The notes under the pieces are model-generated. The model made no database searches and had not been told where the DNA came from. It was given only the letters and a program-made list of their open reading frames with translations. A stretch of 64,000 nucleotides of DNA, taken from Gekko japonicus (Eukaryota). A program made the position numbers and the translations under genes. This document shows positions 1 through 12,890 of this stretch, one piece after another; position 1 is the stretch's first letter, and each line of letters opens with the position of its first letter. The DNA lies in NCBI RefSeq assembly GCF_001447785.1, contig NW_015169777.1, positions 186,001 through 250,000 on the forward strand, read 5' to 3'.

Positions 1-802
1 CAGTTTCATTGTAGTGAAGAGGAGCTTGTAGCTGCCTTTGCCTAACTCCCCTTCCTTCTGTAAGGAAACAGTTTTCCTCTGGTCCAGACTATTTCCCTTC
101 CCATGAAAAGGAGAAAGAACCTCTTTGGCTCCAGACCCTTGGGGAATGAATGAATGAGCAAAGTGCCTTCCAAATTATTATTGGAATTTTGTCTTTTCTG
201 AATGACTATCAGAAAGAAAAGACTTGCTCCTAAGGTGATCTTTGTGTGTGTATGAAGTGCTGTCAAGTCGCAGCTGACTCATGGTGACCACTCATTTTTT
301 GAGGTGAGATGAACAGAGGTAGTTTGGGCCATCTTTAGGGACTGTCAAAAATGACAGGCATTACCCAACATTCCAGGGGGATTACACATGCATTTGACTG
401 TGAGCCCCTTCTCCACTCAAGAGTGCCTACCACCCTCCACAACCTCTCACCTTATTAGGTTCAGGCTTACAAGGAGGTCAGGACATCACTACCCTTCTTG
501 CCTCTTTTAAAGTCTACAGAGAGCCATGACCATTTCACCCTTCAGGTCCTCTCTGTTACTTAACATCAACAGACAGGGTAAGCCACCCCCTTTAATAACC
601 ATCATGGCTCAAAACAGAGTTATGGGGTTTGGGGCTCAAATGCTGTTCCATTCACACAGTTCCCCCATTTATTCAAATCCTAACACATATACAGACTGAG
701 ATCTTGACTTGCGTGTGTATTTCTTTCCCTGAGACATTCAGCCCACAGAGTTAAACAAACAAGGGGTGAACTTTTATTTAAGGTTTGAATATAACACTGA
801 CG

Positions 803-1187
803 CAGGGGTCATTTCCTGCAGGAGCGCACAGGAGCGGAGCTCTGGCAGTAAAGAGCCCAGGGGGTGGGCACATGCAACAAGCCCCACCCCCTGCTCCCAG
901 CAGCCCTCAGTCAGAGCAAGAAGCAGCCAGGTAAGTTGCAGAGCTCCCCCCTGGCCCAAAACAGTCCAGTGGCACCTTTAAGACCAAGTTTTATTCAGGT
1001 ACAAGCTCTCCCTCCTCTGCGAGGACAGATCTGCACGTTCCCCTCCCCCCAATAGCTAGCAATCCAAAACAGTCCAGTGGAGCCTGAGTGGGGGGGGTTG
1101 TCAGGGGGTGTGGCATATGCAAACGAGTTATGCTAATGAGTTATGCAAATGAGCTCCTGCACCTCTTTTTCTACAAAATGACCCCTG
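803..1187. mobile_element. Non-autonomous hAT-type DNA transposon (MITE), copy 1
   Basis: TIRs CAGGGGTCATTT...AAATGACCCCTG; 8-bp flanks CACTGACG (795-802) / CACTGAAG (1188-1195) with 1 mismatch; similar copy at 54891-55305. Confidence 0.85.
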
Positions 1188-1939
1188 CACTGAAGTAAGC
1201 TCGTTTTTTCTACGAAATGACCCCTGCACTGAAGTAAGCTCAACATTACATTTGTTTTCCATTGAACTTCCATTGAACTGTGTTCCTATTCCAGCATTTG
1301 AGGATCTTTTGTTACAAATTGACTTTCCTTTCCATTTAGCTTTAAGCTGCTCTTCACCTCAGCTTCATTCACTCAGACATACCCGTTCCCCTCGCACCCC
1401 TGGTTTCCAACTCCCAACTGCTGTTTTCCAGCTGTCCCTCTCAGTATTCTGTCAGCTCTCATTGGTTGATCTTGGGAGGGAGGGAACCTAACCTGCCCCT
1501 CACAATGACACTCAACACAAAGAAGCACATCCACAAAACTTTCAACACTGAATACTGTTTTAGTGGGCTGGAGCCAACCAACTTTTCTGCTGCTGAAAAA
1601 GACAGGACTCTGACTTGTCAAATAGCAAATGGTGAGATCAGGGGAACTGCAATGCATGGACAAAAGCCATGTGAGACAGGGATGACAGAAAGGACAATCA
1701 CTGAGCAAAAAACTTAGCTGGTTCCAATCCAATGCTTCACAATGTCTATTCTGCCTATCAACAGAATCCCAGTCAGTATTCAGAACCTTGATGTCAGGGC
1801 TGGGCCCGCCTCAGAAGAGAGCCCTCCCTGCTCCTCCTCGTGGGCTGAGCAAACCAGGCTCAGAGCGGGCTGAATGAATGAATGAACGCCTTGGGCTCTT
1901 TGCAGCCTGACAGCTCCTACTGTTGTTCCATTCAGTACT

Positions 1940-2880
1940 ACTGAGAACGTAAAGAATTACTCCGCGAAGCCTCATGGAATTGCTGGCGTTCGCGATCGCT
2001 ATGCGCAAATGTACCGACACCGTGACTGAAAGACACCTGGCCAAGAGGCGGCGCCGGTGGGGGGTGTGTGTGTGTGAACCCATCGGAAGAATTCACCTGG
2101 GCCGTGAGCCAAGCCTGGCATGTTGNNNNNNNNNNNNNNNNNNNNNNNNNNNNNNNNNNNNNNNNNNNNNNNNNNNNNNNNNNNNNNNNNNNNNNNNNNN
2201 NNNNNNNNNNNNNNNNNNNNNNNNNNNNNNNNNNNNNNNNNNNNNNNNNNNNNNNNNNNNNNNNNNNNNNNNNNNNNNNNNNNNNNNNNNNNNNNNNNNN
2301 NNNNNNNNNNNNNNNNNNNNNNNNNNNNNNNNNNNNNNNNNNNNNNNNNNNNNNNNNNNNNNNNNNNNNNNNNNNNNNNNNNNNNNNNNNNNNNNNNNNN
2401 NNNNNNNNNNNNNNNNNNNNNNNNNNNNNNNNNNNNNNNNNNNNNNNNNNNNNNNNNNNNNNNNNNNNNNNNNNNNNNNNNNNNNNNNNNNNNNNNNNNN
2501 NNNNNNNNNNNNNNNNNNNNNNNNNNNNNNNNNNNNNNNGCCCCAAGAGCCCCCCCCCCCCCGCGCTAGGAAGCGCTGGGCTGGGGCGGAGGGCGGGGGG
2601 CGCGGCGGGGACTGCGGGGGCGGGGTGCTCTCCATCCCCCGCCAGGGGCTGCTGTCCGGGAGGGAGGAGGGGGCCAGGGCGTGGCCCCTTGCACTCGCGC
2701 TCCGACCGGGGCGGCCCAGTATGGTCGGCTTTTGATGGGGCGCCAAGCTACTTTGGAGGGAGGGCAGCGCAGGGGGCGCTCCAGAAGCAGGAGCTGGCTG
2801 AGCGAGGGAAGGGCGGACGGGTCGCCTAGCCTCCTGGCGCCCCACCTCTCGAGGCTGGCTCCCCTCCCCGTCGGTTAGCA
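1940..2880 (+). promoter_or_regulatory. CpG island / promoter region of LRRC75B, interrupted by an assembly gap
   Basis: CpG- and GC-rich sequence with GC boxes on both sides of the N run, about 1 kb upstream of the first visible LRRC75B exon. Confidence 0.65.
2126..2539. other. Assembly gap (414 N), probably containing LRRC75B coding exon 1
   Basis: N run; the N-terminal LRRC75B peptide is not found in flanking sequence. Confidence 0.9.
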
Positions 2881-3913
2881 CTTGTACCAGTGCTGGATTT
2901 ACGCATAAGCTAAATAAGCTACAGTTTAGGGCCTCACAATCTGCTGGGGCCTCAAATAAAAACACAATATAAAAATGATTTCAAATATTAAAAGCGTATA
3001 TATTTTAAATTTTTCTGAGACCAGCTGATGTAATTTAAAACAGTAGGGGGCCTCTGGGTTTTGTCTAAATCCGGCCCTGACTTGTACCCTCCCTGTGGCG
3101 GCTGCCCACCGCGTCCTGCTTCCAACCCCCATCTCGGCTCAACCCCCCAGCCAAGGCGGAGATCTGCCTTCATCCAGCTCCTCCAGGGCCCCGGCGGCAC
3201 CTCGTCCCTCCCTGACACCGATCCAAGTCAACTGCCTATAGCCCAGTTGTGACATCATCACTTTGGCGCCTTCTGGCACGTTAGCCCTCAGCAGCCTGTA
3301 AGTGGGGATGATCCAGCATAGACGGTCTACGTGGCCTGCGCGCTGCACACCATTGATCTGTTATGCTGGTGTTGTTACACAGTGCAATGGCAGGACTGCT
3401 GTGGAGCAAGAACTATTCATGTAATTGAATACAGTTAAACATCTCTGGTGGTACCCAGAACTCCCCCTGCTCTGGCTTAGGGGGACGTGCACCAGGACCT
3501 GGGAAAACAAGGGTGGGGGAGAGATGGCAAAGCGTCTGGGCACTAGGTGCAGGGCCAAACCAAAACCAGGGGCAAAAATGCCAGGACAGTTATTCCAGAA
3601 CACTGGGGCAAGTGCTTCCCAATCCTAGCCTTAGCTGGTGATTCCTGGTTGGATGGCCTCACTGAAGAAGCCAACTGCTGTTCGTCTCTGCTTTTCTTCA
3701 GGAAACCTAGCCGACTGTACACGCTCTGCAGCTCATTTTGCTGGAAGGCTGCATGGAAAAGGAGTGGGAAATGTTGAGCTACCACGTCCATCCCTTAAAG
3801 TGACCTAGTGGCATGTCCCACTGCTGCAGTTGCCACTCTTGGTTTTGGGTTGGCCCCCCCCCCCCCCCCGACAGTGCTGCCGATCTCGAAGTTGGTTTGC
3901 TTTCTTCCCGTAG

Positions 3914-4042
3914 GATCTTGGACTAGAAGGGACATTCCTTAGTGAAGTTCTCTATAAGAATGCTGCCTTTCTCAACCTTGTGGATCCCATCTCCCATGAG
4001 CTCTTGATGAGCCTAGCCAGAGACCTGCAGTGCCCCAAGAAG
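3914..4042 (+). CDS. LRRC75B: Leucine-rich repeat-containing protein 75B, coding exon 2
   Basis: tag|GAT...AAG|gtgagg, 129 nt; DLGLEGTFLSEVLYKNAAFLNLVDPISHELLMSLARDLQCPKK matches the LRRC75 family; synteny next to SNRPD3 supports 75B. Confidence 0.93.
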
Positions 4043-4332
4043 GTGAGGCTCATTGCTTACCACTTGGGTGGGTGGGAGAGAAATGTCTCTGTACACAGTT
4101 TGCTTACTTTGGGGAGAAAACAGGAGGACTGCTCAAGCTGCCAGAGGTGTTCAGGTAGATTCAATTAGAGATGTGAAGGCCTGGGGAAAAATGTTTTCCA
4201 CTAGGGAATTTTGCTGTTTCCAGTAAATAGAAAAAACTGGAAATATTGGGGGAGCACTGAAAGGAACAAAATGCTTCTTAAGACAAATATTTACTTACAA
4301 TATGTAGTATGGAGATTCAGATGCAAAGCAGT

Positions 4333-4859
4333 CTAAAACATTAGAGAATAGCAATACCTATGTATATTGTGGACATACATTTTCAATAGATTTATTGTTT
4401 AAATGTGACCCCTTTTAATATGCTATAATGTGTATGATAATACACATAAAATTTAGCTCAGAATCTAAACATGCTGCTACTCCTATTGTGGCTATTTCTG
4501 TCCAAATCATACACATACAGTTACTACAGTATTTGTTCCAGCATTTCCTTTTTCCCACTTCTCAAATAAATGTGCTAAGGCTAAAACATTAGAGAATAGC
4601 AATACCTATATATATTGTGGACATTTTCAATAGATTTATTGTTTAAATAGATTTATATAGATTTATTGTTTTAGATTTAGATTTCAATAGATTTATTGTT
4701 TTAATATGCTATGTGTATGATAATACACATAAAATTTAACTCAGAATCCAAACATGCTGCTACTCTGTGACTATTTCTGTCCAAATCATACAAGTACAGT
4801 TACTACAGTATTTGTTCCAGCATTTCCTTTTTCCCACTTCTCAAATAAATGTGCTAAGG
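4333..4859. repeat. Diverged ~250-bp tandem duplication in LRRC75B intron
   Basis: 4333-4580 is repeated at 4581-4859 (ctaaaacattagagaatagc...caaataaatgtgctaagg). Confidence 0.9.
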
Positions 4860-6139
4860 GAGCATCGGGCACAGCAGTTTCCAGCTAACGTGCGCTTTCT
4901 CAGTTTTGCTTGTAGAAAACTAAAGTGTTTATGGCTTTTAATTTTCACAAATATGCTAAGTAGTACCATATTTTATCCTAAGTACTAAATGGCATTGCTG
5001 GACATGGTGGTCTTATCTGCATGGTATCCTTCTCTTACTTTTTCCCTGGCGTGAAAGCCTCAGGTCAGTTGTGCAACTGTCTGTCCCAGGGCAAGCCCAG
5101 GATACATAGTGTGTGTTTAAAGAGCCCTGATAAGCAGACAACATCAGTTGAGGACAAGGCATGAGACAGTCTGCTGCTTCAGAATGAACGTGCACGCATG
5201 CACACAAGACTCTTGTCAGCTTAAAGCCGAGCAGATTTATTTGTGCCAGAAGTTTAGTTGACTAGAACTCATGTATTGAATGAAGTGTGTCCTCAGTTGA
5301 CAGAAGGAGGCGTGGAGGAAGAAATGTGAATGGTGGGGTCAAAAGCCAATGAAATGACAGTTTCTGTCTCTCGCATCTCTGTGCAAAGCTCAAATATGTA
5401 CACGATAAGCCACTCACAACAGCATTGATGGGTCATAAAATGTTACTAGACTTGCTAGACTAAGTCTTGCTTTTACGAGAGGAACTGAGAATCCCTGTAG
5501 AGTCCTAATGAGATAATATGAAGCTTCCTGATAAATTCTACTTTAGCAGTTTTCACTGCGAAGTATCCCTTTAAATCTTTTTGCTATGGAATGGTTGCAA
5601 GATCAGCAACAGTGAGTCCTGGGAGATCAAAAGATGTTCCCAGTGGTTTCTGAGTAGTGCCATTTTGAACAGTGGATATCTAGCCATTTATTCTTTTGCA
5701 TAGGCACTGACATTTTTGCCCTGTTAAGAGCAGCAGAGCATTGCTGACACATGACATCACAGTAGAAGATGAGCCCAGGATAACGTAGCTGAAGTTATTA
5801 GGACTGGTAATTAGATATGGGGACCGAGTAGGTGCGTCTAGGTTTGTTGCAAGGTCTGGTCCCTGAGCTTGCATCACTGTTAGGTGTTCCATTGTTACTG
5901 TTTTAGATTAGGGGGTTGTTCATAAATGAGAGACAGAAAGGTATAATTGTCCAGGATGTACTGTAGCTCAGCGTCACCTACACCTCCCAGCTTATCTACA
6001 GTAGTCCCTGACCTTTTGTTTTGGGCTTGTCCTGTAGCAGGCTACTCCTTGTCTCCGTTCTGGAGTCTACCGGTCTGTTCTATCATCATGCTGTAGAAAT
6101 TAAAACCACCAATAATAGTTTAGATTCTTTTGGTTTCAG

Positions 6140-6252
6140 GAATATGACCCTTGGAAGTCTGCAGATCGGATCTGCCGGCAGCTGATTTATCATTTGACTC
6201 CTCATTCAAAATGGCAACAGCACAGCATGCCGTGTCGGAAATCACAGGCAAG
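6140..6252 (+). CDS. LRRC75B: LRRC75B coding exon 3
   Basis: cag|GAA...AG|gtgaga, 113 nt; EYDPWKSADRICRQLIYHLTPHSKWQQHSMPCRKSQA. Confidence 0.93.
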
Positions 6253-7317
6253 GTGAGAAATGAAGATTGGGGTGGGGGTTGAAAGTGGGACAGGGCAGGT
6301 AGTCCTCTTGGTTCTGGGTGGGCATCAGCAAGAGTGGCAGGAGACACAGCAATAAGGGGCCAGCTGGTGCTCCTGGAAGGGCATTCTGTCTAAGGGAAAG
6401 GCTTCTCTTCCCCAGCCATCCAAGCTCTACCTGTGTGAAAATGGCACATCACGCTGAGCATCCAAGGTAGGCACCTAACAGTACCCTTATACAATCAGCA
6501 TGCCAACAAACATTACTTCCTCCACCACAATTGTGCTACTTTCCCCTCCCCCTCCCCCCCAGTCTGCACACCATAAACTTAAGGGGGCCTACTGCAAGAA
6601 GAAACCCAGGCATGGAAAAGAAGTCTGTCTGGGATTGAGATGTGAAGGATTTGGCCAGAGGAAGGGAGCAAGTGAGTGGAACTGCGGAAGGGTGTTGAAG
6701 GAGGGATTGGACACGAGCTCCAGAGAGGTCAAAGGAGTACATGGGCTCAGTTAGAAGGTGGCTTTGTTAGCAAGACCCCGACAGCAGCTTTCCATGTAAA
6801 TACAAATTAATGACAGGTACGTGGATACTGTGAATATGTTGCAGGCACCAGAGGGAGCCACAATTGCCCCTAGATGTGGATAGGAGGCTAAAAAAGTGAG
6901 CTGTTAAATTTCCCCCCCTTTCAGGGAGTACTGCCGGTATGTGCAGCTACATATTTGCTGTATCTAGGATATTGGGGGTGGGCAGATACCAGTCAGGGGA
7001 ATGGCACAATATGGCCTATTTCAAAGTCATGCCTAAATTGAATGAAAAAGCCTTCCTTCCCTCAGCAGCCTGCTTCCCAGCATTTCCCAAGGCCTCTTGA
7101 GAGGAGGGCGAATCAGCTTTTAGGACAAAGAGAGAAGCCTGCCGTTTCCAGCTGCCTCACATCCCACTTCAGCTTCACTGTTCAATTAAAGCAGTTTCTA
7201 CTTCCCTGTTTAAATAGCAGCGATTTCCTGTAAAGTCCCTCCAAAATACAGCCCAACAGGCTGAGCCTTCTCTGTGGCAAACTGATTTACTACAGTTGTG
7301 GTCTCCTAAAATACAAG

Positions 7318-7665
7318 GTGAGGGCCATGGTAGCTCAGAGGTTAAGACGCTGAGCTGCAGACTGGAAGGTCGGTAGATCAGCAGTTCGAGACCCGAGTGC
7401 CACCTGACGGAGCAGGCTCCTGTCTCTGGCCCCAGCTCCTGCCAACCTAGCAGTTTGAAAGCAAGAAATTGCAAGTAGATAAATAGGTACCGCTTCGGTG
7501 GGAAGGTAGCAGCATTCCGTGTGCCTCGGCATCTAGTCATGCCAGTCACATGACCAAGGAAATGTCTTTGGACAGCGCTGGCTCTTCGGCTTGGAAACGG
7601 AGATGAGCACCGCAACCCTAGAGTAGGATTTGACTAGCTTTCGAGCAAGGGAAACCTTTACCTTT
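7318..7665 (+). mobile_element. Sauria SINE, full length
   Basis: tRNA-like head (tagctcagaggttaagacg), body ccagctcctgccaacctagcagtttgaaagc, (ACCTTT)n tail, TSD-like aatacaag on both sides. Confidence 0.85.
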
Positions 7666-7717
7666 AGAATACAAGTTACCGTGGTTGCCTCTTGTATTAT
7701 GTTGTCACCCCTTAGAT

Positions 7718-8036
7718 CAGTGGTGGCGAACCTATGGCACGGGTGCCAGAGGTGGCACTCAGAGCCCTCTCTGTGGGTACGTGTGCCATCGCCCCAGCCA
7801 GGCCCAGACCACCATTAAAGTGTCGAATTCGCTGCCAAATAATTTTAAGTAAATGAAAGCATTTGGGATTGCTTTCCTTATTTTGTTTGGATCATCTTAA
7901 GTTAATGTAGGAGTTGTTTTTTCTAAAGTAAAACCTCCGTATTCAGGTTAAATCGCCGTGTTGGCACTTTGCGATAAATAAGTGGGTTTTGGGTCGCAGT
8001 TTCGGCACTCGGTCTCTAAAAGGTTCACCATCACTG
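7718..8036. mobile_element. hAT MITE
   Basis: TIRs CAGTGGTGGCGAACCT / AGGTTCACCATCACTG; perfect 8-bp TSD CCTTAGAT (7710-7717, 8037-8044). Confidence 0.9.
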
Positions 8037-8624
8037 CCTTAGATGTATTGCAAAGCTACTCGGGTTGAAGAGTTTCCCTGCAGGTCATATTTGGTATTCT
8101 GCTGAACAAGCCAGGTGGCTTGTGGAAGTCATCTCCACATACATTCCTGTGTTAGAGTTTCCAGGCACAAAAATCACCTGCCAGGAAGTAATTTCCGGCT
8201 GCTGGAAAATACAAGTTCCATATCCATGGGTTTTCTGGTATTCTAGCATTCTTCAATAGCACTGTAAGATCAGTTCTGGGAACTGCATTGCCTGACACAC
8301 CAATGCACCCAAAATACCTTTTAAGAGCATGCAAAACTATTGCAGGATAGAATGAGTGAGTGACACAAGTTTCGACTTTGCACAACAGGAGGATCTTAAG
8401 TTATGGATAGGCTTCAAACTGTAAATCTTCAGCCATTGCAGCTTTCTTCCACAGGGGGCCTAGCTGCGTTAGCTTGGCCTGCAGTTTTGGGGATTTTTTT
8501 TTTAAACTAGAGAGGGGTGCCACTTTGAGGAACCAAGATAGCATTACCAAGCTGTTTCTCCCTGCCCTGAAGGCCCTTAAGTACCAAGGTCCTTAATCCT
8601 CCCCCATCTGCACTCTCTCTCTAG

Positions 8625-9183
8625 TCTGAAGAACGCATTACAGAAGAAGCTGAGCCAAGATGCTATGCACCTATCAGGGATCCCCCTTTCCACACGGGAC
8701 ATCCATCGCATGGCCTATTACCTGCAGAACAATGGCCACAGCCTCAGCATAGTGGACCTGAGCTTCACTGACTTGAATGATGATAAGCTGCACCTCCTGC
8801 TTCCTGTTCTGTGGTCACTGCCCAAACTCACACATCTCTCCCTCAACGGGAATCGCCTGACCAAAGCCACTGTGAAAGAACTGACTGAAGCCATGAAGGA
8901 CATGAACCGGTTCCCTTGCTTGGCCTGGATTGACCTTGGCAACAATGTAGATGTCTCTTCTATGCCACAGCCTCTGCTGGTTGGCTTGCGGAAGCGTCTC
9001 AATTTGCAGACCACCCTGCCTACCATCTATGAGTCCCTCGACAGTGATTCCGAGCTCTCTATCAGCCCCAAGATTGGCCAGCTAGAAGGCACAGAGGTGG
9101 CAGCAGCAGCAGTATTGCAAGCTGACAAGGCACAGCCAAAGGTTGAAGAAGAGTCATGCATCTTCCCCCTATGTGAAAGGTGA
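8625..9183 (+). CDS. LRRC75B: LRRC75B last coding exon (LRR region)
   Basis: ctag|T CTG AAG..., phase matches exon 3; LSGIPLS...VDLSFTDL...LSLNGNRLT...WIDLGNNVD...LPTIYE; TGA at 9181-9183. Confidence 0.95.
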
Positions 9184-10048
9184 CTGCGCAAATTAAGACC
9201 TTCTGTACAAGTCAAGAATGATGCCATGGCAGTAGTATTTGCTGTGCAGGCGCAAGGCCTCCAGCTCTTCCAGCCAGTTTTGTTTGGCACTTCTCTTGCC
9301 TTTAACAGCCCCGATCAACTGTACGTTTATCCAGTGAAAGACCACTGCACTTCACAGCCAGAGTCTTCATTTCACGTACTTTGTAACGGGATCAGTCACT
9401 TACCGTGATGAAAAGGAACCCATCAGTAGATAAACAATTTGTAGGAACTCAGAACAACCTCCAGGTAGCACCGGCTGGGATAAAGTACAAGTGGTTGCCT
9501 TCTTCTTTCCCTTTCTTCCCCTCAACTTATTAAGTGTCGGGGAGGCAATGACTCCACAGTGAGGGTTCTGCGTTTAAAGGCTGAGCCGCTCCTCGAGAGG
9601 GCCTTGACAAGAAAAGCAAGCACAAGCTACTCCCTTGTGCTAAGCGCCCTCCCCACTGCAGTGGTGTTTTCATTCTCCAAACAAAGGGCAATGGAATCCC
9701 ACATTCCGCTCTGTGTGCAGACCAAGAGAACATGTGACTGGGTTGCAGTGTCAGGGTATTTCAAGCCCAGGCATTAGAGATGGGTGTCTCTACTCTGTCT
9801 CTTTGGGTATCAAAAGAAACAAGTATTGCAGATACTGCTGTTGTTTGGAGGGGGAGGAGGAGGAATGCTTGTATCGCTTGGGCTGCTTGATACAGAGATA
9901 TGAACCTGTCTAAAACACATCACAACTCTGCCTTGCTTGCTGCCCAATGGGGATGGCTTAATTTTAAAGCAGTGTTAAAATACATCAATACCAGTGCGGA
10001 AACAGACAATGCAGTACTTCCCACAGTTTGCTGTATGCAATGAAGAAC

Positions 10049-10054
10049 AATAAA
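10049..10054 (+). terminator. Candidate LRRC75B polyadenylation signal
   Basis: AATAAA 0.87 kb after the stop; an ATTAAA also lies at 10209-10214. Confidence 0.45.
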
Positions 10055-10267
10055 TGACTTTTCCCCTTAAAGGTGGAACACGTTAATAGGGAGTGAGCAG
10101 AATCACCACAGACCTCCAAGACAACTGACTTAAAAGTTCCTCTATTCAAGCCCTGCTGCACTGAATGGAAGGTATGCAAGAGCAGTCGAGAGGGGGCCCA
10201 TTTTCTGTATTAAAACAGAATGTCTTCATTACAAATTAATGTAATTCAAGTGCTGTCCTAGCAAGTA

Positions 10268-10313
10268 AAGGTAAAGGTTCCCTTGCTCAAAAGCCAGTCG
10301 AATCCGACTCTAG
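10268..10313 (-). mobile_element. 46-bp 5'-truncated Sauria SINE 3' end
   Basis: Matches the tail end of the copy at 20685; TSD GCAAGTA (10261-10267, 10314-10320). Confidence 0.85.
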
Positions 10314-10634
10314 GCAAGTAGCATGTTACAAAATTAAGAAAAATGTGTAATTAACTTATCTCAGAAGACCTTTAAGTTGTTGCATGACATTCTTCCGTGT
10401 GTGGTAAATCATGGTTAACAGTCCCATTCACAAGCCAACAGTGTGAAAAACTGCAGCATGCAAGTACTGTTCAAATCAAGGATGGGCGGGGAGGTGGCGG
10501 CGGAAGGTAGCTAAAATGATACCATTTATATATCCTCCAAAGCTAATCTAACTTGGTCGGTACAGCAGCAACCAGTTTGTACATCAAAAATGAACTTAAT
10601 TCTACAGCACAGAATTACCATTTTCTAAGAAACA

Positions 10635-10640
10635 TTTATT
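10635..10640 (-). terminator. Candidate SNRPD3 polyadenylation signal
   Basis: AATAAA on the minus strand about 65 nt after the stop. Confidence 0.6.
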
Positions 10641-10704
10641 GGGTCACATAATACAATTAACTTCCAACAGTTTTTAGTTCACCAAGGAGAGACACAGTCC
10701 AAAG

Positions 10705-10766
10705 TTATCTTCGCTTCTGGAAAATGTTGCCACGCCCCATTCCACGGCCTCTTCCTCTTGCAGCCA
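10705..10766 (-). CDS. SNRPD3: Small nuclear ribonucleoprotein Sm D3, last coding exon
   Basis: (V)AARGRGRGMGRGNIFQKRR*; AG acceptor at 10767-10768. Confidence 0.97.
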
Positions 10767-11060
10767 CTGAAGGAAAGAAAACCCGAAACAGATACATAGA
10801 TCTTGTAAATGCTCCAGAGCAGGCCAAGTTCTCTATCAAGAAAGCCCCCCACACCCCCGGGTTCATTTCTGTTTGCACTATTCATTTTGTTTCCAAAATC
10901 TAAGTCTTCCATATTGGACAAGGACAATGGAAACAGAAAAGGAAGGCTATGTTAACAGATGGGCAAACTGTATTTATTTATTTACCTTCAACTTCTACCC
11001 CGCTCGAACCCCTCCCATGGGTCTCTGAGCGGCTTACATAGTTTGTATTATCCCTATCTA

Positions 11061-11561
<501 letters not shown>

Positions 11562-12140
11562 CTACTTCCCAAGGCAAAAAGAGCTGTCTCACCAAGCATC
11601 ACCAGTACTTAGTAAATCTGACTAAAACAAAATCTGAATGGGCAGCTAAGGTCATCAATTTGTCAAATTGTTTTAGTACTTTAAAACTACAAGGAACTAC
11701 TTGTTCGAAGAGTTTGGGGACCTCCTGGAAAACAAGCTGTGGTGGAACACCAATATGGTCCTTATGTAAAGGTTTGTTTCTTGTGCTAAATATATGAAAT
11801 AGATGCATGCCAATGGTGCCCAAGGGCTATACTTGAAAAGCATGCATAGACTTTTGCCCTGTATACTGAGGGCCTTTCTCTATACAATTCAGATCACTCA
11901 TACCCTGCTTATATAAAGCAACAACAATATCTGAGGATGGATCAACTCTATTGCCATTGGGGGACCCCAAGGAGCCTAAAAAAATAAAACCTGTGTGGGT
12001 GTGGTGAGATAGCACTTCTTCCAGCTGTGCCAGTTTATGATTTACTTCTGCTGCAAAGAAAGAGTCAATCAAAGTTTCTGTTGGTATGAAGACCCACCAA
12101 ATTGGATGAAACCCCAAAGTGGGACAATTTATAAAGGCTA

Positions 12141-12311
<171 letters not shown>

Positions 12312-12831
12312 TCAAGCCTGAGAAGTTAAAATGCAAAACTCATTTCTGACATTATTGCCCCCACTCACATTATAAACTTAGAAAGCTCAAGAAAGAAGGG
12401 GGGAATCGATGCAAGGGGGGATGGGGGAGACGAGGGAGGAAAGGCGCCACCACCAGACGAGTCTTTATAGGCAGGAAAGGGTAGAGTGCGGGATACAGGC
12501 GTGACCACAATATCCTCCCCCCCCCGTCACGCCTCCAGGCCACGTGAATAATCCACGAGACGCTATTTCTCACTCCACTTCCTGAACGGCTATAGCCGCA
12601 TCAAAAGCACGAAGAGCCCTAGAATACCTAAAGGGTATTCTAAGGACCCACACAAGACCGGAGACACTAAGTAGGCTGGAACCCAAGCTAAAAGGCCGTC
12701 TTACAGGAGACTCGAGCCATTTACTTCATGCGCAGAAACGGGGGGGGGGGGGGACCACTACAAGCGCATCAATACCATCCCAGGCCTACCCCGATAACCT
12801 TTCCCTCCACGGCATCAACTACGCTCCTCAC

Positions 12832-12890
12832 CGTCCGGAATCCTGATCGCGGCTGCTGCTTCAACGACGGATCTCCGTTCTCCGGAACCC
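12832..12890 (-). other. SNRPD3: Probable non-coding first exon of SNRPD3 (5' end approximate)
   Basis: Donor CGG|gtgagg at 12832/12831 inside the CpG island, near CCAAT (12905) and CCGGAA motifs. Confidence 0.55.

Noticed and set aside
1938-2965. Long ORFs of 149-290 aa across the first gap
   Set aside because: Artefacts of translating N runs; the same applies to the ORFs at 60671-61026
5215-5480. Possible further Penelope-derived remnant (also about 46190-46240 and 59538-59640)
   Set aside because: Too degenerate to delimit or to score for a ribozyme core
8625-10766. LRRC75B directly adjacent to SNRPD3 with no GGT1 exons
   Set aside because: Consistent with the conserved order as I recall it; GGT genes probably lie left of this window
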